A DNA stretch of 64,000 nucleotides from Chamaesiphon sp. (GCA_965246715.1 CBDFFH010000022.1:96001-160000); one strand, 5' to 3'. Shown: positions 11,654 through 22,188, counted from the stretch's first letter. The notes: generated by a model not told the origin, from the sequence alone. Numbers and translations: made by a program.

Positions 11654-11855
11654 CCTACATTCCGCTAGTTGAATAGGTCGTCAAAGAATTAAAATAGAAG
11701 CTCAACCCAAGCCAGAGTGGAAAGAGGTCATCATCAATTCAGTAATTAGCGTAGAAAATCTAGACCATCTGGGCATCGTGGCGGGATTGGTAGATGAAAT
11801 CGGCATAGTCGAGATCCTCAACAAAAGACTAGGCATAGATCCCAGAGAGAATGTC
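11654..11855 (+). mobile_element. IS1634-family left end with transposase N-terminal fragment
   Basis: From 11733 translates to INSVISVENLDHLGIVAGLVDEIGIVEILNKRLGIDPRENV (DUF4277-like); ATC where a start codon is expected; putative end CCTACATTCCGC. Confidence 0.75.
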
Positions 11856-12155
11856 TCGCTCAATTAATAAATCGACTACCTCATTTGAGTCTTGTTTATA
11901 AGCATACACAGCCATATTCAGTAAAGTATAGCCATCGTCATTCCTAGCATTAAGATCGAAACCCCGATCGAGATATTCTTTGATAATTTTAGGATCTCGA
12001 CTGCGAGCCATTGTGGCAAATGGTTCTTTAGAAGCAATACCTAGTTGTGATAAGAAAAAATACTTATAGCTATCGAAAATACCGATAGCGATCGCCCCAA
12101 CGATTAACAATTTAATCGAACTGGATAATTTTTGAATTGGATTGAGCATATTCAA
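11829..12155 (-). pseudogene. ankyrin-repeat protein, 3'-truncated
   Basis: GFDLNARNDDGYTLLNMA...VVDLLIER, then runs into the IS remnant. Confidence 0.65.
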
Positions 12156-12537
12156 GATTTACGAGTTAACTTTAGTAGGGTGACGCGATGTGCAACTAAG
12201 GGATGGAAAGAAAAGTAGTGGAACGACACGACTAAAACTGTGGGCATTCAGAACTCTGAAAAATACAATTGGTAATATTTTGAGCGATCGCTTTACCCAC
12301 GTTTTTAGTCGTGTCGTCCCAGTATGGTGGGCAATGCCCACCAATTTAAATCGTTACGGAGCAACGACTTTGGCTTTTTCTATCACTCGATTTAAGCCAC
12401 TCGATCGCAGTTAATTCGATCGCTTTGACTCGATCGATTATATTTAGGAGTTCGATCGCTTAGGTATTTTCTAATTGCGATCGAAGAGATTGTAATTGGT
12501 CGATCGATCTCAAGCAGATATTTACAATTCTCGCTCA

Positions 12538-12923
12538 TTAGTACGATTGTTGTTTATCGATAGCTATCACCCCCAAATCCACACCACCCACTATTCTTGC
12601 TTCTATACTTCGTTGAATATCTGAATATTTCTCTCTTTTTTTAATAGTCTCCTTCTCAATCTGAGGCAATCTAATCTCCTGAAATGTATTCCACTTTGGA
12701 TCGGCAATATTTATCTCCACTCCCGTAGGGATGGCCAAATTAATTTCAATCCCATAACGGTACCAAACACTCAAACCCGCTCTGTCAATGCTGGAACTCG
12801 GCTAGCATAATAACTCGCCCAGATATTAATTGCCTGACCACCAACTAAAATCAAGTCTAATTCTTCCCGATCGATTGCTTGGAATAGTGAGATAAGATTT
12901 TCTGGAGTAAAAATTCTATCCAT
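12538..12923 (-). pseudogene. nucleotidyltransferase-like gene remnant
   Basis: Hand translation MDRIFTPENL...LILVGGQAINIWASYY stops after about 50 aa; a second fragment follows in another frame. Confidence 0.5.
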
Positions 12924-13107
12924 ATCTAATCTTCTAGTCGATTGTCAAGCAAGCTCAGAGAGTTGAATTCAAACCCACTACTAAAATCTGGCTTTAATAA
13001 AGCTGGGTCGATTACTCGATCTAACATTCCTTGAGCTGTTTGAGAAAGAAAAACTAAGGCAGAAAATCATGAGAGCAGTCGGCCCAGTAGGGTGGACACT
13101 AGCTTGT

Positions 13108-14316
13108 TTAATATGCAGATGACCGCCGATCGATCTTACGATAGAGCGAGATTATTTCCGCGCCCAATCGATCGCGTTGAAATTTATTTTTTACCGTAAT
13201 TCGTCCGGCTTTACCAAGCGCAATTCGGAGATCGGGTGATGCGATTAACTCTCGGATTGCAGTGGCTAAAGCTACCGGATTGCCAGGAGGAACGCCGATC
13301 GCCTCTAGTCCTTCGGTAAATAATTCCGCCGCTCCACCAGCTTTGGCAACGATGACAGCTTTTTCACAAGCCATCGCTTCGACGATCGTGCGTCCAAAGG
13401 GTTCGGGTTTAGTACTGGCATGAACAACGATATCTAACATATTATAACTAGAGACGATATCGCGCTGAAAATCGATAAACTCTAACCAATCTTCGACATC
13501 GAGATCGCGCGCTAATTGTTGTAATGATGTCCGCGAATGTTGGGATCGATCCGTTTCATAAATCGCTCCACCGATAATATAAAATTTGACAGTCGATTTC
13601 AGTTCGGGACATTGCTTCGCAATCTGGCCGATCGCCTGAATAAAAATATCGTGTCCTTTCCAGAGTGAATAGGTGGCAATTAAGCCAATTTTTACAGCGC
13701 TAGAACCTGATGTTGTGGTTTGTGGCTGATATTTATCGATATCGATCGCATTATAGATCGTCTCGATCGTTAGCTGGGGAAAAACTGCTTGCCAATCGCG
13801 GGCGATTGCTTCAGAAATTGCGACGGCAACAGTAACTTTGCCGACAAATAATTTTAGTAATTTGTCGCTCAGCGCTCGCGAACCGATGAAGTCTCGCAGA
13901 TGCCAGATAATCGGCATATTAGTACCCAAACTAGCTACTAATAAGTGAGTCTTCAGACCGTTGGAATGAATGATATCTGGGGCGATTGCGGTAACAGTCC
14001 GCCGTAAATTTTGCCAGTATCGACCAAATTCAGCTACTCCCGATAGCTTGCTGGCAATGGCGAACAGACTGACTATCTTGTTAACACGACCTTTTAAGTC
14101 ACTATCACCCAATTGGGCGATTTTCTTTGGTAATTCTAATAAGATAACCTTCACCCCGATCGCGATTAATTCAGTGACGAGTGGGCCATCAGCAGCAGTA
14201 ATTAAGACGATTATCTCGATCGCTGGATCTCGATCGCGGACGGCACAAATAACATCGATTAGACTGCGTTCGGCACCACCGAGCTGACTGGAAGGATTGA
14301 CGTAAAGTATTTTCAT
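13108..14316 (-). CDS. GT4-family glycosyltransferase
   Basis: GGAERS, KGHD and EPFGRTIVEA motifs; start taken at MKILYV. Confidence 0.9.
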   Translation of the reverse strand: MKILYVNPSSQLGGAERSLIDVICAVRDRDPAIEIIVLITAADGPLVTELIAIGVKVILLELPKKIAQLGDSDLKGRVNKIVSLFAIASKLSGVAEFGRYWQNLRRTVTAIAPDIIHSNGLKTHLLVASLGTNMPIIWHLRDFIGSRALSDKLLKLFVGKVTVAVAISEAIARDWQAVFPQLTIETIYNAIDIDKYQPQTTTSGSSAVKIGLIATYSLWKGHDIFIQAIGQIAKQCPELKSTVKFYIIGGAIYETDRSQHSRTSLQQLARDLDVEDWLEFIDFQRDIVSSYNMLDIVVHASTKPEPFGRTIVEAMACEKAVIVAKAGGAAELFTEGLEAIGVPPGNPVALATAIRELIASPDLRIALGKAGRITVKNKFQRDRLGAEIISLYRKIDRRSSAY

Positions 14317-14345
14317 TACCACAAGGCGATCGCGAGATTGCAAGA

Positions 14346-16310
14346 TTAGGTGGACATCAAACTTAATTTCAGCTCGCGCGATCGCGCATCCGGTAATTCC
14401 AGGCGATGACGTTGACAATAATCAGCAAAAATTACCAATCCCAAAATTTGTAATGGTGAAATGCGACGATCTCCTTGTTGAAATTTGTGCCAAAGCGATC
14501 GCACGGCATTCGGCTCGAATCCGAGTGCGAGCCACAGCGTCCTATCGGTTAAGACTCGATCGATCCGAGGGGCGAGATCGCCGCGCAACCATACCGCCCA
14601 GGGAAATTGAAATCCGCGTTTGGGTTGGCGGGCGATGTGGTGGATTAGATCCGTGCCCACGGCATCTACTAATAAAGGTTTCAGTCGAGCGCGATCGAGT
14701 TTGAGTGCGGCCGCCAAGGGTAATACGGTAGCAATCAATCGATCGTCGAGCAAGGGTACCCGCAGTTCCAATCCGGATTTCATGCTAAAGACATCAGCAT
14801 CGCGCAGCAGCATATATCGCATGTAGAAACTCAATTCGAGCTGGGAGATTTGATTGAAAGTCTCCTGACCATTAGTTGCCGCGAGTAATCGATCGGACAA
14901 TGAGTGCGGAATACCATGTGCGGCATGGAAATCGGGTGGGAGTGCGTGGAGTTGGCGACGTTCCTGGATCGTGAATAATTGACGGCGCAAGTAGTAGAGA
15001 TCGGGTACCCGATCGGGCAATCGCCACGCTGCGGCTAGTTTGGGAATGCCCCGACTGGGGACGATCTCCTTTAGCGCGGCAAACATCCCGGCGGCAATCG
15101 GCGCTAATGGTGCCAAAGATCGGCGCAACTGCAGCAAGCGCGGCAGATCGCGGAAACTAGCATAGCCACCGAATAACTCGTCGCCACCCAACCCACTCAG
15201 AGCCACTTTAATCCCCAATTTATGCGTCGCGCGGGCGACAACAAAGGTGTTGAAACCATCGACAGTCGGACTATCCATTGCCGCGAGAATCTCATCAAAA
15301 TCTCGGACGATCTCCGCACCTGAAAGCGAGATCTTCAGATGTTCGGTACCCAGCGATCGCGCGGTGGCAGCGGCTTGCTCGGTTTCATCAAAAGCGGGTA
15401 CGTCAAACCCGATCGAAATAGTTTTAATTTTATCTTGGGCGATTTCAGTAGCTAGAGTGGCAATCGCGGTGGAGTCAATCCCCCCCGATAAAAATACCCC
15501 GATCGGTACGTCAGCCAAGAGGTGACGAGCGACGGATTCGCGCAACACTTGAGCCACTTCTGCCACGACTCGATCGCGAGTGGGCGCAGAGAGACTGGGC
15601 GCGGTACCTTGGCGCTCCAACTGAAAATATTGACGTTGCGATCTTTCGCGACCAGTCCAGTCGAGTTTTAGCAGCGATCCAGGCGATAATTGCGTGATGC
15701 CATGAATGATATTGAGATCGCCACAAACTGCACCCTGTGCTAAAAATGTCTCTACCGCCCCGCGATCGAGATCGGGTAGGACGAGATCGGCTCCCGCTGC
15801 CAAGATCGTCCGAATTTCTGAGGCGAAAATCAGTCCGCCACTCGCCGGACGGTATAAATATAACGGTTTGATGCCCAAGCGATCGCGACAGAGCCAAATT
15901 TCTTGGTTAGCGGTATCTGCCAAACACCAGGCAAACATTCCCTGCAACCGCTCGACACAATCCGCTCCCCACACTCTAAAGCCATTGAGGATCGTTTCCG
16001 TATCGGATTGGGTGCGACAAGCCCACGGCGTATCGATGAGATCTGCTTGTAAATCTCGGTAGTTGTAGATTTCACCATTAAATACGACCCAATTGGGGTC
16101 GAGATCGTCGCGATCGCGCATTGGCTGGTTGCCTGCTGGTGACAGGTCGATAATCGCCAAGCGCGCGTGTAGCAGTGTCACAGAGCCATTTTCTAACACG
16201 ATCTTGCCACTAGCGTCTGGCCCCCGGTGGGACATTGCCGCCAGCATCTTGTCGGCTACTCTAACTTGGATGTCGCGATCGATTCCAATTAATCCAGCAA
16301 TTCCACACAT
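14346..16310 (-). CDS. asnB: asparagine synthase (glutamine-hydrolysing)-like amidotransferase
   Basis: MCGIAG N-terminus, HRGPD, FNGEIYN, LSGGIDS, SGLGGDELFGGY. Confidence 0.93.
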   Translation of the reverse strand: MCGIAGLIGIDRDIQVRVADKMLAAMSHRGPDASGKIVLENGSVTLLHARLAIIDLSPAGNQPMRDRDDLDPNWVVFNGEIYNYRDLQADLIDTPWACRTQSDTETILNGFRVWGADCVERLQGMFAWCLADTANQEIWLCRDRLGIKPLYLYRPASGGLIFASEIRTILAAGADLVLPDLDRGAVETFLAQGAVCGDLNIIHGITQLSPGSLLKLDWTGRERSQRQYFQLERQGTAPSLSAPTRDRVVAEVAQVLRESVARHLLADVPIGVFLSGGIDSTAIATLATEIAQDKIKTISIGFDVPAFDETEQAAATARSLGTEHLKISLSGAEIVRDFDEILAAMDSPTVDGFNTFVVARATHKLGIKVALSGLGGDELFGGYASFRDLPRLLQLRRSLAPLAPIAAGMFAALKEIVPSRGIPKLAAAWRLPDRVPDLYYLRRQLFTIQERRQLHALPPDFHAAHGIPHSLSDRLLAATNGQETFNQISQLELSFYMRYMLLRDADVFSMKSGLELRVPLLDDRLIATVLPLAAALKLDRARLKPLLVDAVGTDLIHHIARQPKRGFQFPWAVWLRGDLAPRIDRVLTDRTLWLALGFEPNAVRSLWHKFQQGDRRISPLQILGLVIFADYCQRHRLELPDARSRELKLSLMST

Positions 16311-17447
16311 TTAAAATTTTCCTGCTGCGAGTTGGGCATAGGCGGCCATAATGGTTCTAGCGTAATTTTCCCAGGTGTAACGCGCCGCTACGGCCAGTCG
16401 GCGATCGATGGCTGGGGCGCGATCGGGAGTAGTTATCGCGGCGAGCGTGCGCTCGATCCAAGTCTCGATATCGCCCACCGGACAATAAACAACGGCATCG
16501 TCGCCCACTTCGCGCATCACGGGAATATCACTGGCTAAGACGATCGCCCCACAAGCCAAGGCTTCGATGATGGGCATCCCAAAGCCCTCGGCATCGCTAG
16601 TCATTAGCACGATTGCAGCCTGCTGGTGCAGTTGGGCGATCGTTGAGTTCTGGAGATCGGTCAGATGCACGATCGATTCTGCTAGTGCCAATTTATCGAT
16701 CTGTTGCTGCTGTGCGTCCGTCCATTTCCCCCCAACTTTGACTAACTGCAATTGAGGCAATTCGGCGCGGAGTGCGGCAAATGTAGCTAGCAACACATCG
16801 ATCCGCTTGCGGGGAATGCAGCTACCCACATGTAAGATAAATGGTTTGCCCTGCAACCGGTGCTGTAGTGCTAAGATCTTCGGCTCGGCAGGTAACGCCT
16901 GGGACTGATATTCTGGCGATACTCCCGGCGGCGCAACGACCAGCAGCGCCGGATCGACAAGCTGATAATGTGCGAGCTGACGACCGATTTCTTGAGTTGG
17001 ATGGAACACGATCGCTGCTTTTTGTAGCCCTGTCAAAATATGCTGCGACATGTGGCGAAATGCCCACGAGCGCGGTTCGCGCTCGGGTGCGAGGATCGAT
17101 CGAAAGGCATCCGCATCATGACAATAAACTCCCGTTCTATCCGCTGGCAAACCATTGATGAGATGGGCGTATGAGTGATCGGCAACATGGAACAGATCGT
17201 AATCTGGCGAGTGCGATCTTAAATACTGGGGATAATCGACAAAGCGATTGAGAAAACGATCGCCATTAAAATACTGGGGAATATATTTCTGTAAGTGTTT
17301 CAATCGCCACTGAAACGGCGGACGGATCTGCATGGTTTGGATGTCGAGATCGGCGATCTTCAAGGCGCGATCGTGCAACATCTGGGCGCAGATATCCATG
17401 CTCATCCAGCCCTCTTCTAAATAGTCGCAAACAATGCCGAGTTTCAT
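16311..17447 (-). CDS. GT4-family glycosyltransferase
   Basis: PRKRID and EGFGMPIIEA. Confidence 0.9.
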   Translation of the reverse strand: MKLGIVCDYLEEGWMSMDICAQMLHDRALKIADLDIQTMQIRPPFQWRLKHLQKYIPQYFNGDRFLNRFVDYPQYLRSHSPDYDLFHVADHSYAHLINGLPADRTGVYCHDADAFRSILAPEREPRSWAFRHMSQHILTGLQKAAIVFHPTQEIGRQLAHYQLVDPALLVVAPPGVSPEYQSQALPAEPKILALQHRLQGKPFILHVGSCIPRKRIDVLLATFAALRAELPQLQLVKVGGKWTDAQQQQIDKLALAESIVHLTDLQNSTIAQLHQQAAIVLMTSDAEGFGMPIIEALACGAIVLASDIPVMREVGDDAVVYCPVGDIETWIERTLAAITTPDRAPAIDRRLAVAARYTWENYARTIMAAYAQLAAGKF

Positions 17448-17449
17448 GA

Positions 17450-17615
17450 CTGGAGTTAGGCCAAGCGCATCTACATGCTGAGAGTTCTATATGATTAGAG
17501 TTCCCAGAATGTATTACCAAATCTCGCTCTGACGTAAAATCGGTTGCTTGGGTCGGGTTGCTGGAGTTAGAGCAAGCGCATCTACCTGCTGAGAGTTCTA
17601 TTCGATCGGAGTTCC
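17450..17615. repeat. imperfect ~55-bp direct repeat, period 111 bp
   Basis: CTGGAGTTAG..CAAGCGCATCTAC.TGCTGAGAGTTCTAT at 17450 and 17561. Confidence 0.8.
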
Positions 17616-17702
17616 CCCTCAAACTCTTTCGGAGCGACTTCTCTATCCTTACTCGTTTGACCTTAAACGATCGCCTGTCATCATCTATACAAGATCTATA
17701 CA

Positions 17703-18066
17703 ACCCAAGTTGCTACCTAACGTGAGTTCGGGTTAAAGATGTCCACTTAATGACTCCTAGCTTCGTTTCTGAACCGCCCTCAAATGAATTTGCGGATGGA
17801 ATCGCGCTGAGGTTCCCTCAGCGTGCGTTCCACCAAGCGGGGCTAATAGCAAAAGTTCGTTTCAACGAACTAATCAATTGGGCAGTTCTCTTGAGAGAAC
17901 TTTTGCTATTAGCCCGAACTTATAGTTCAGGGCGGTGCTTGAACGGAGCAGATCGATTTTCCTTATCCCGAACTCACGTTACCTACACTCACAGCGGCAA
18001 CAACCGAACTTTGCAGAATTAGCCACGATTTCAATCGTTGGCATTCTGGTAGGTAGCAACTGGGGT
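17703..18066. mobile_element. MITE family C containing a nested family A copy (17720-17979)
   Basis: Outer ends ACCCAAGTTGCTACC / GGTAGCAACTGGGGT; inner element flanked by TACCTA on both sides. Confidence 0.85.
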
Positions 18067-18107
18067 TATGTAGCGAAGATTATTCTTCGACTTCTTTTGA
18101 GACATCT

Positions 18108-18380
18108 TCATCTATTCTTTCTGCTACTCGTAGATGGGTCGATCTCACTTTCAAGATAGATTTCATCATTAGCGCTGGATTTGCCTTCTACTAAGGATAA
18201 TAATTCTGCTGTTTTGAGTAAATTGCGTAGCAATCCTATTTTCAGGTCTTGGTTCCGATGAATAGAAACGGAAATCCTAGAGGGGTTTCCCGCTTTGCCG
18301 TAAATGTGATGACTACCTTGAATCCGACATAAATCCCAGCCGTTAGCTTCTAATAGCTTAGCTAAGTCTTTACCTGACAT
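18108..18380 (-). CDS. hicA: HicA-family toxin
   Basis: LEANGW...RIQGSHHIY...H.NQDLKIGLL. Confidence 0.85.
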   Translation of the reverse strand: MSGKDLAKLLEANGWDLCRIQGSHHIYGKAGNPSRISVSIHRNQDLKIGLLRNLLKTAELLSLVEGKSSANDEIYLESEIDPSTSSRKNR

Positions 18381-18385
18381 CGATT

Positions 18386-18614
18386 TTATATCGCCAGTTC
18401 TAAGACTTGAGATTTATCATCAACTGCTAGTTGGCTAGGATCGATCGATAAACAACCTTCGTTGGCAAAGCCTCTCCCAAAGGAGAATCGCTTCATGTAG
18501 ATTGGATATCAATTCATCCCAGCTATCACCTTCAGTTGCACAGCCTGGGATCGCGGGTACTTCTGCCCAATACCCACCTTCGATCGCTTCATGGACGATT
18601 ACGGTTAGTTTCAT
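18386..18614 (-). pseudogene. hicB: HicB-family antitoxin interrupted by a 25-nt insertion
   Basis: MKLTVIVHEAIEGGYWAEVPAIPGCATEGDSWDELISNLHEAI|EGCLSIDP..; removing 18462-18486 restores a 67-aa ORF. Confidence 0.85.
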
Positions 18615-18686
18615 CGATCTCTTAACACAAACTTTATCTTAACACTAGACATACTGTGGGTATATAACTGCGAATCATTCGCCTGA

Positions 18687-19826
18687 CTACTCGACGATCG
18701 CCTCAATAATATCGCGTGCCATATCGTCCCAAGTATGACGACGCAACGAAGTTGAGAGATCGATCGCCTGTTGGCAATAGTAGGGATACTGCTGTTGCCA
18801 TCCATACAACCGTTTGACGAGATCTTCAACATTATTGGCATCTGGGAGGAGCAGATCTTGCAGTTGGGTCGAGTAGCGTTCGGCGACTCCAGCCGTCGCT
18901 GTGGTCAGCGCCGGAAGACCGCAACATAAAGCTTCGTGTACTCCCAATCCATATGCCTCGTAACGCGTTGGTGCTACCAAGCAATCCGCCGCGCGGAGAA
19001 TCGAGGGTACATCGCGGCGAAAGCCCATAAACTCAATCCGATCGCTCAAACCCTCAGCTTGGGCGCGTTGTTGCCACAGTGGGAGTTCGGCACCGACACC
19101 GATGACGACCAGATTGGCATTCCAATTGGGATCTGTACAGAGTTGTTGCCACGCCCCAAATAACGTATCGAAACCTTTGCGTCGATCGCCTAAAGCACCG
19201 ATAAAAGTGACGATCGGGCGATCTAGATCCCAGCCATATTCCAATCGCAATTGTTCGCGTTCGGCAGCGGCGGCAGGATAGAACACAGTGGAGTCGATGC
19301 CATAATAAATTGTCTTGACTTTACTCGGTTCGAGATCGAGTAAATCGATGAGGTGATTTTGGGTCAGGAGCGAGTTGGCGATTGCGATTCTCGCACCTTG
19401 GAGGGCGACACGTTCGGTGCGGAGTGACAGTTGGCGATCTAATTGTTGTTTTAATTTGGCAGCGATGCCCATGCGACTGTCGGGTTGATAGGCAGCGTGA
19501 ACGTAATGTACCCAGTTGATATCTGGATACGGACAATTACCGCCGTTGGCAATCGTGTATGCGTCGGGGTTGCTGCTGAATCGATCGCCGATTTTAACAC
19601 CTGCGCTCGCCAAGCGAGGCGCACCTAAAAAATAGGAATTCAACGGTTTTGGCACCTGATGGACGGTGACAGTCGATCGATCTGCCAGTGCTGGATCGAC
19701 GCGATGGGCGACGAGATCGAGCGGATAACCTTGACGGGCGATATAGTCGGCCAACGCATAGTTGGCGCGATCCATGCCACCAGTGGGCACGAAATCGCCA
19801 GTAACGATCGAGAATTGAGTAGTCAT
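18687..19826 (-). CDS. GT4-family glycosyltransferase
   Basis: GGMDRAN, RKGFD, YEAYGLGVHEA. Confidence 0.9.
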   Translation of the reverse strand: MTTQFSIVTGDFVPTGGMDRANYALADYIARQGYPLDLVAHRVDPALADRSTVTVHQVPKPLNSYFLGAPRLASAGVKIGDRFSSNPDAYTIANGGNCPYPDINWVHYVHAAYQPDSRMGIAAKLKQQLDRQLSLRTERVALQGARIAIANSLLTQNHLIDLLDLEPSKVKTIYYGIDSTVFYPAAAAEREQLRLEYGWDLDRPIVTFIGALGDRRKGFDTLFGAWQQLCTDPNWNANLVVIGVGAELPLWQQRAQAEGLSDRIEFMGFRRDVPSILRAADCLVAPTRYEAYGLGVHEALCCGLPALTTATAGVAERYSTQLQDLLLPDANNVEDLVKRLYGWQQQYPYYCQQAIDLSTSLRRHTWDDMARDIIEAIVE

Positions 19827-20022
19827 CTTAAAATATCCTTAATCAATTTAGTAACTTTTTCGTGTCGATCTTCGAGATTAAATTCGGCGATTTCGCTAAT
19901 AATTTGTTGCTGTAACGATCGAAAATTGAGTAGTCATCTCAAAATATCCCCAATAAATCTAGTAACTTTTTCGCGCTGATCTTCGAGATTAAATTCAGCG
20001 ATTTCGGTCGGAATGTATTGCT
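19801..20022. repeat. diverged 111-bp tandem duplication of a gene junction
   Basis: GTAACGATCGA.AATTGAGTAGTCATCT.AAAATATCC.. at 19801 and 19912. Confidence 0.9.
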
Positions 20023-21025
20023 GTTTGGCGATAATTTCGGTGGGAGTCAGCGTTGCCATCAAGTCAGCTAGCTCGGTAATATAGCGCTCATCCCAAGGAT
20101 TATTACCCGCCAGACACCACGACCAACCAGACAATAAATCGTAAGTCATCGGTACTTGCCCGATCGCGATCGGTAATTTGGCGGCTAAATATTCGCTCAC
20201 CTTGGTGGTGTACCGAAAACTGCCGACACCATCGACACTCTGAGGCAGGCTGGCGACATCCATCGCCGCCAGATATTCAAATACGCGATCGTTGAGAATA
20301 TTACCCGTGAGGATAATTTTGGTACCCAAGAGATCTGCCGCCAATGTTTGTAAATGCTGCATCCCCGTACCGTCGCCGACGATAATTACATAGATATCCG
20401 CACTCCGATCGATTTTTTGTCTGGCGCTGACTAGCTCGACTCCATAGCAATACTGAAGTTTTTCGACCCAACTGAGCGAGCCGACGATCCCATAGACGAT
20501 CGCCTGTGGGGGAATGCCCAATCGTGCGCGGGTCTGCTGCCTAAAGCGATCGAATTCCTCCACACTATAATTTTTGGGCGACCATCCCGCTGCAGTCACC
20601 CCCCTCGGCGCACCAAAGGTCAGCGCCCGACCGACTAAATAAGGTGTCCAGCCGATAAATCCCGCACAATAGCGACATAATAGTTGCTCGTACAATTGCG
20701 CGAAGTAGCCAACGAGATGGTTTGATTTCATCGCAATAAACGGCGCGACGGCATCGCCACTGCTGACTACATAGGGGATGTTTAGCGACCAGCGCAATAT
20801 CAAACAAGCCAGTCCGCCTGCGACTCCAGTTCCTTCCATCACGATTAGTGAGGGTCGATCGCTAAAACCAGATTTAATTAATTGCCAGCAACTACGGATT
20901 TTGAGGCGCGCATCAAACGCAAATCTGGTAATTTTAAAATTATCTAATAAAGCTAAGATCCTCGACTCATCATTAGTATTTTCGCCTTTAGTGGCAAATA
21001 CCAAGATTTTATGTAGACTATTCAT
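19934..21025 (-). CDS. glycosyltransferase (GT-B fold)
   Basis: IIVGDG, YLAAMDV, KVSEYLAA. Confidence 0.85.
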   Translation of the reverse strand: MNSLHKILVFATKGENTNDESRILALLDNFKITRFAFDARLKIRSCWQLIKSGFSDRPSLIVMEGTGVAGGLACLILRWSLNIPYVVSSGDAVAPFIAMKSNHLVGYFAQLYEQLLCRYCAGFIGWTPYLVGRALTFGAPRGVTAAGWSPKNYSVEEFDRFRQQTRARLGIPPQAIVYGIVGSLSWVEKLQYCYGVELVSARQKIDRSADIYVIIVGDGTGMQHLQTLAADLLGTKIILTGNILNDRVFEYLAAMDVASLPQSVDGVGSFRYTTKVSEYLAAKLPIAIGQVPMTYDLLSGWSWCLAGNNPWDERYITELADLMATLTPTEIIAKQQYIPTEIAEFNLEDQREKVTRFIGDILR

Positions 21026-21072
21026 ATTAAAGTTTCGATCGTTTACTCAATTACCCTAATCTCCAGAAACTG

Positions 21073-22170
21073 ATGTCAACAATTTTGTCGATCGTACCCA
21101 GGCTTCCACCTGTTGTAGATGGAGTTGGCGATTATGCCTGTTTGTTATCGGATGCTTTAGCCGCGCAGCATGGGATTTCAACTAAATTTATTGCTTGCGA
21201 TCCGTTACAGCCGATCGAGTCTCAGCCAGGAGCTTTAGGCTCGGTTCAACTAATGACAAGATCGCGAGATTCACTATTAGATATCCTCGATCGCTGTGAT
21301 GACATAGACACTTTATTTCTCCACTATGTTGGTTATGGTTATGCTAAACGTGGTTGTCCGTTGTGGTTGGTAGCTGCCTTAACTAAATGGCGGCAAGCTA
21401 AACCATCTCGACGACTGATGGTGATGTTTCATGAGGTATATGCCAGCGATCGTCGACCTTGGAATAGTCAGTTTTGGACATCACCGCTGCAACGCCAGAT
21501 TGCCAAATATTTAATCGAACTTGCCGATGTCGTCATGACTAGCAATCAAAGATTTATCAATTTAATCGTGGGTTTGAGTACCAAGCATCGTGATAGAATT
21601 GCAGCTTTACCAGTATTTTCAACGGTGGGAGAGAGTAACGAGCCTAGACCGCTGAGCGAACGCAAACCCTGGTTGGTTACTTTTGGTAATAGTGGCTTTC
21701 GCAAGTCTATTTATACTAATTCTCTCGAACAACTCACAACAGTATGTCAGCAATTAGAGATTAGCGAAATCTATGATATCGGTCATAGTTCGACAGAAAT
21801 AGTGCGATCGATTCCAGGTGTTAAGGTAAATGCAATGGGTATTCTACCCGCCACCGAAATTTCTGAAATTTTTAGTCAGGCGCGGGTGGGTTTTATCAAC
21901 TACCCGATTCCATTTATTGCCAAGTCCACGATTTTTGCGGCTTACTCCAGCCATCAACTGCTATCGGTATTCGATCGAGCTAATCTCGGCGATAACTTAG
22001 ATGGTGTCGAAATCGATCGAGATTATTGGGTGGTGCGATCTGATAAGTCGATCGATCTCCAGACAGCCCAGAAACTCTCGAGCAACGCTTATCGATGGTA
22101 CGAGCGACATAGCCTCAGAGCGGTTGCTGAGCTAGTAGCCGAGCTACTCACTCAAGTTTCTGCAGGCTAG
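21073..22170 (+). CDS. glycosyltransferase (GT-B fold), opposite strand to the cluster
   Basis: PPVVDGVGDY, MFHE, AKSTIFAAY. Confidence 0.8.
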   Translation: MSTILSIVPRLPPVVDGVGDYACLLSDALAAQHGISTKFIACDPLQPIESQPGALGSVQLMTRSRDSLLDILDRCDDIDTLFLHYVGYGYAKRGCPLWLVAALTKWRQAKPSRRLMVMFHEVYASDRRPWNSQFWTSPLQRQIAKYLIELADVVMTSNQRFINLIVGLSTKHRDRIAALPVFSTVGESNEPRPLSERKPWLVTFGNSGFRKSIYTNSLEQLTTVCQQLEISEIYDIGHSSTEIVRSIPGVKVNAMGILPATEISEIFSQARVGFINYPIPFIAKSTIFAAYSSHQLLSVFDRANLGDNLDGVEIDRDYWVVRSDKSIDLQTAQKLSSNAYRWYERHSLRAVAELVAELLTQVSAG

Positions 22171-22188
22171 CAAGTGTCATAGACTAAC

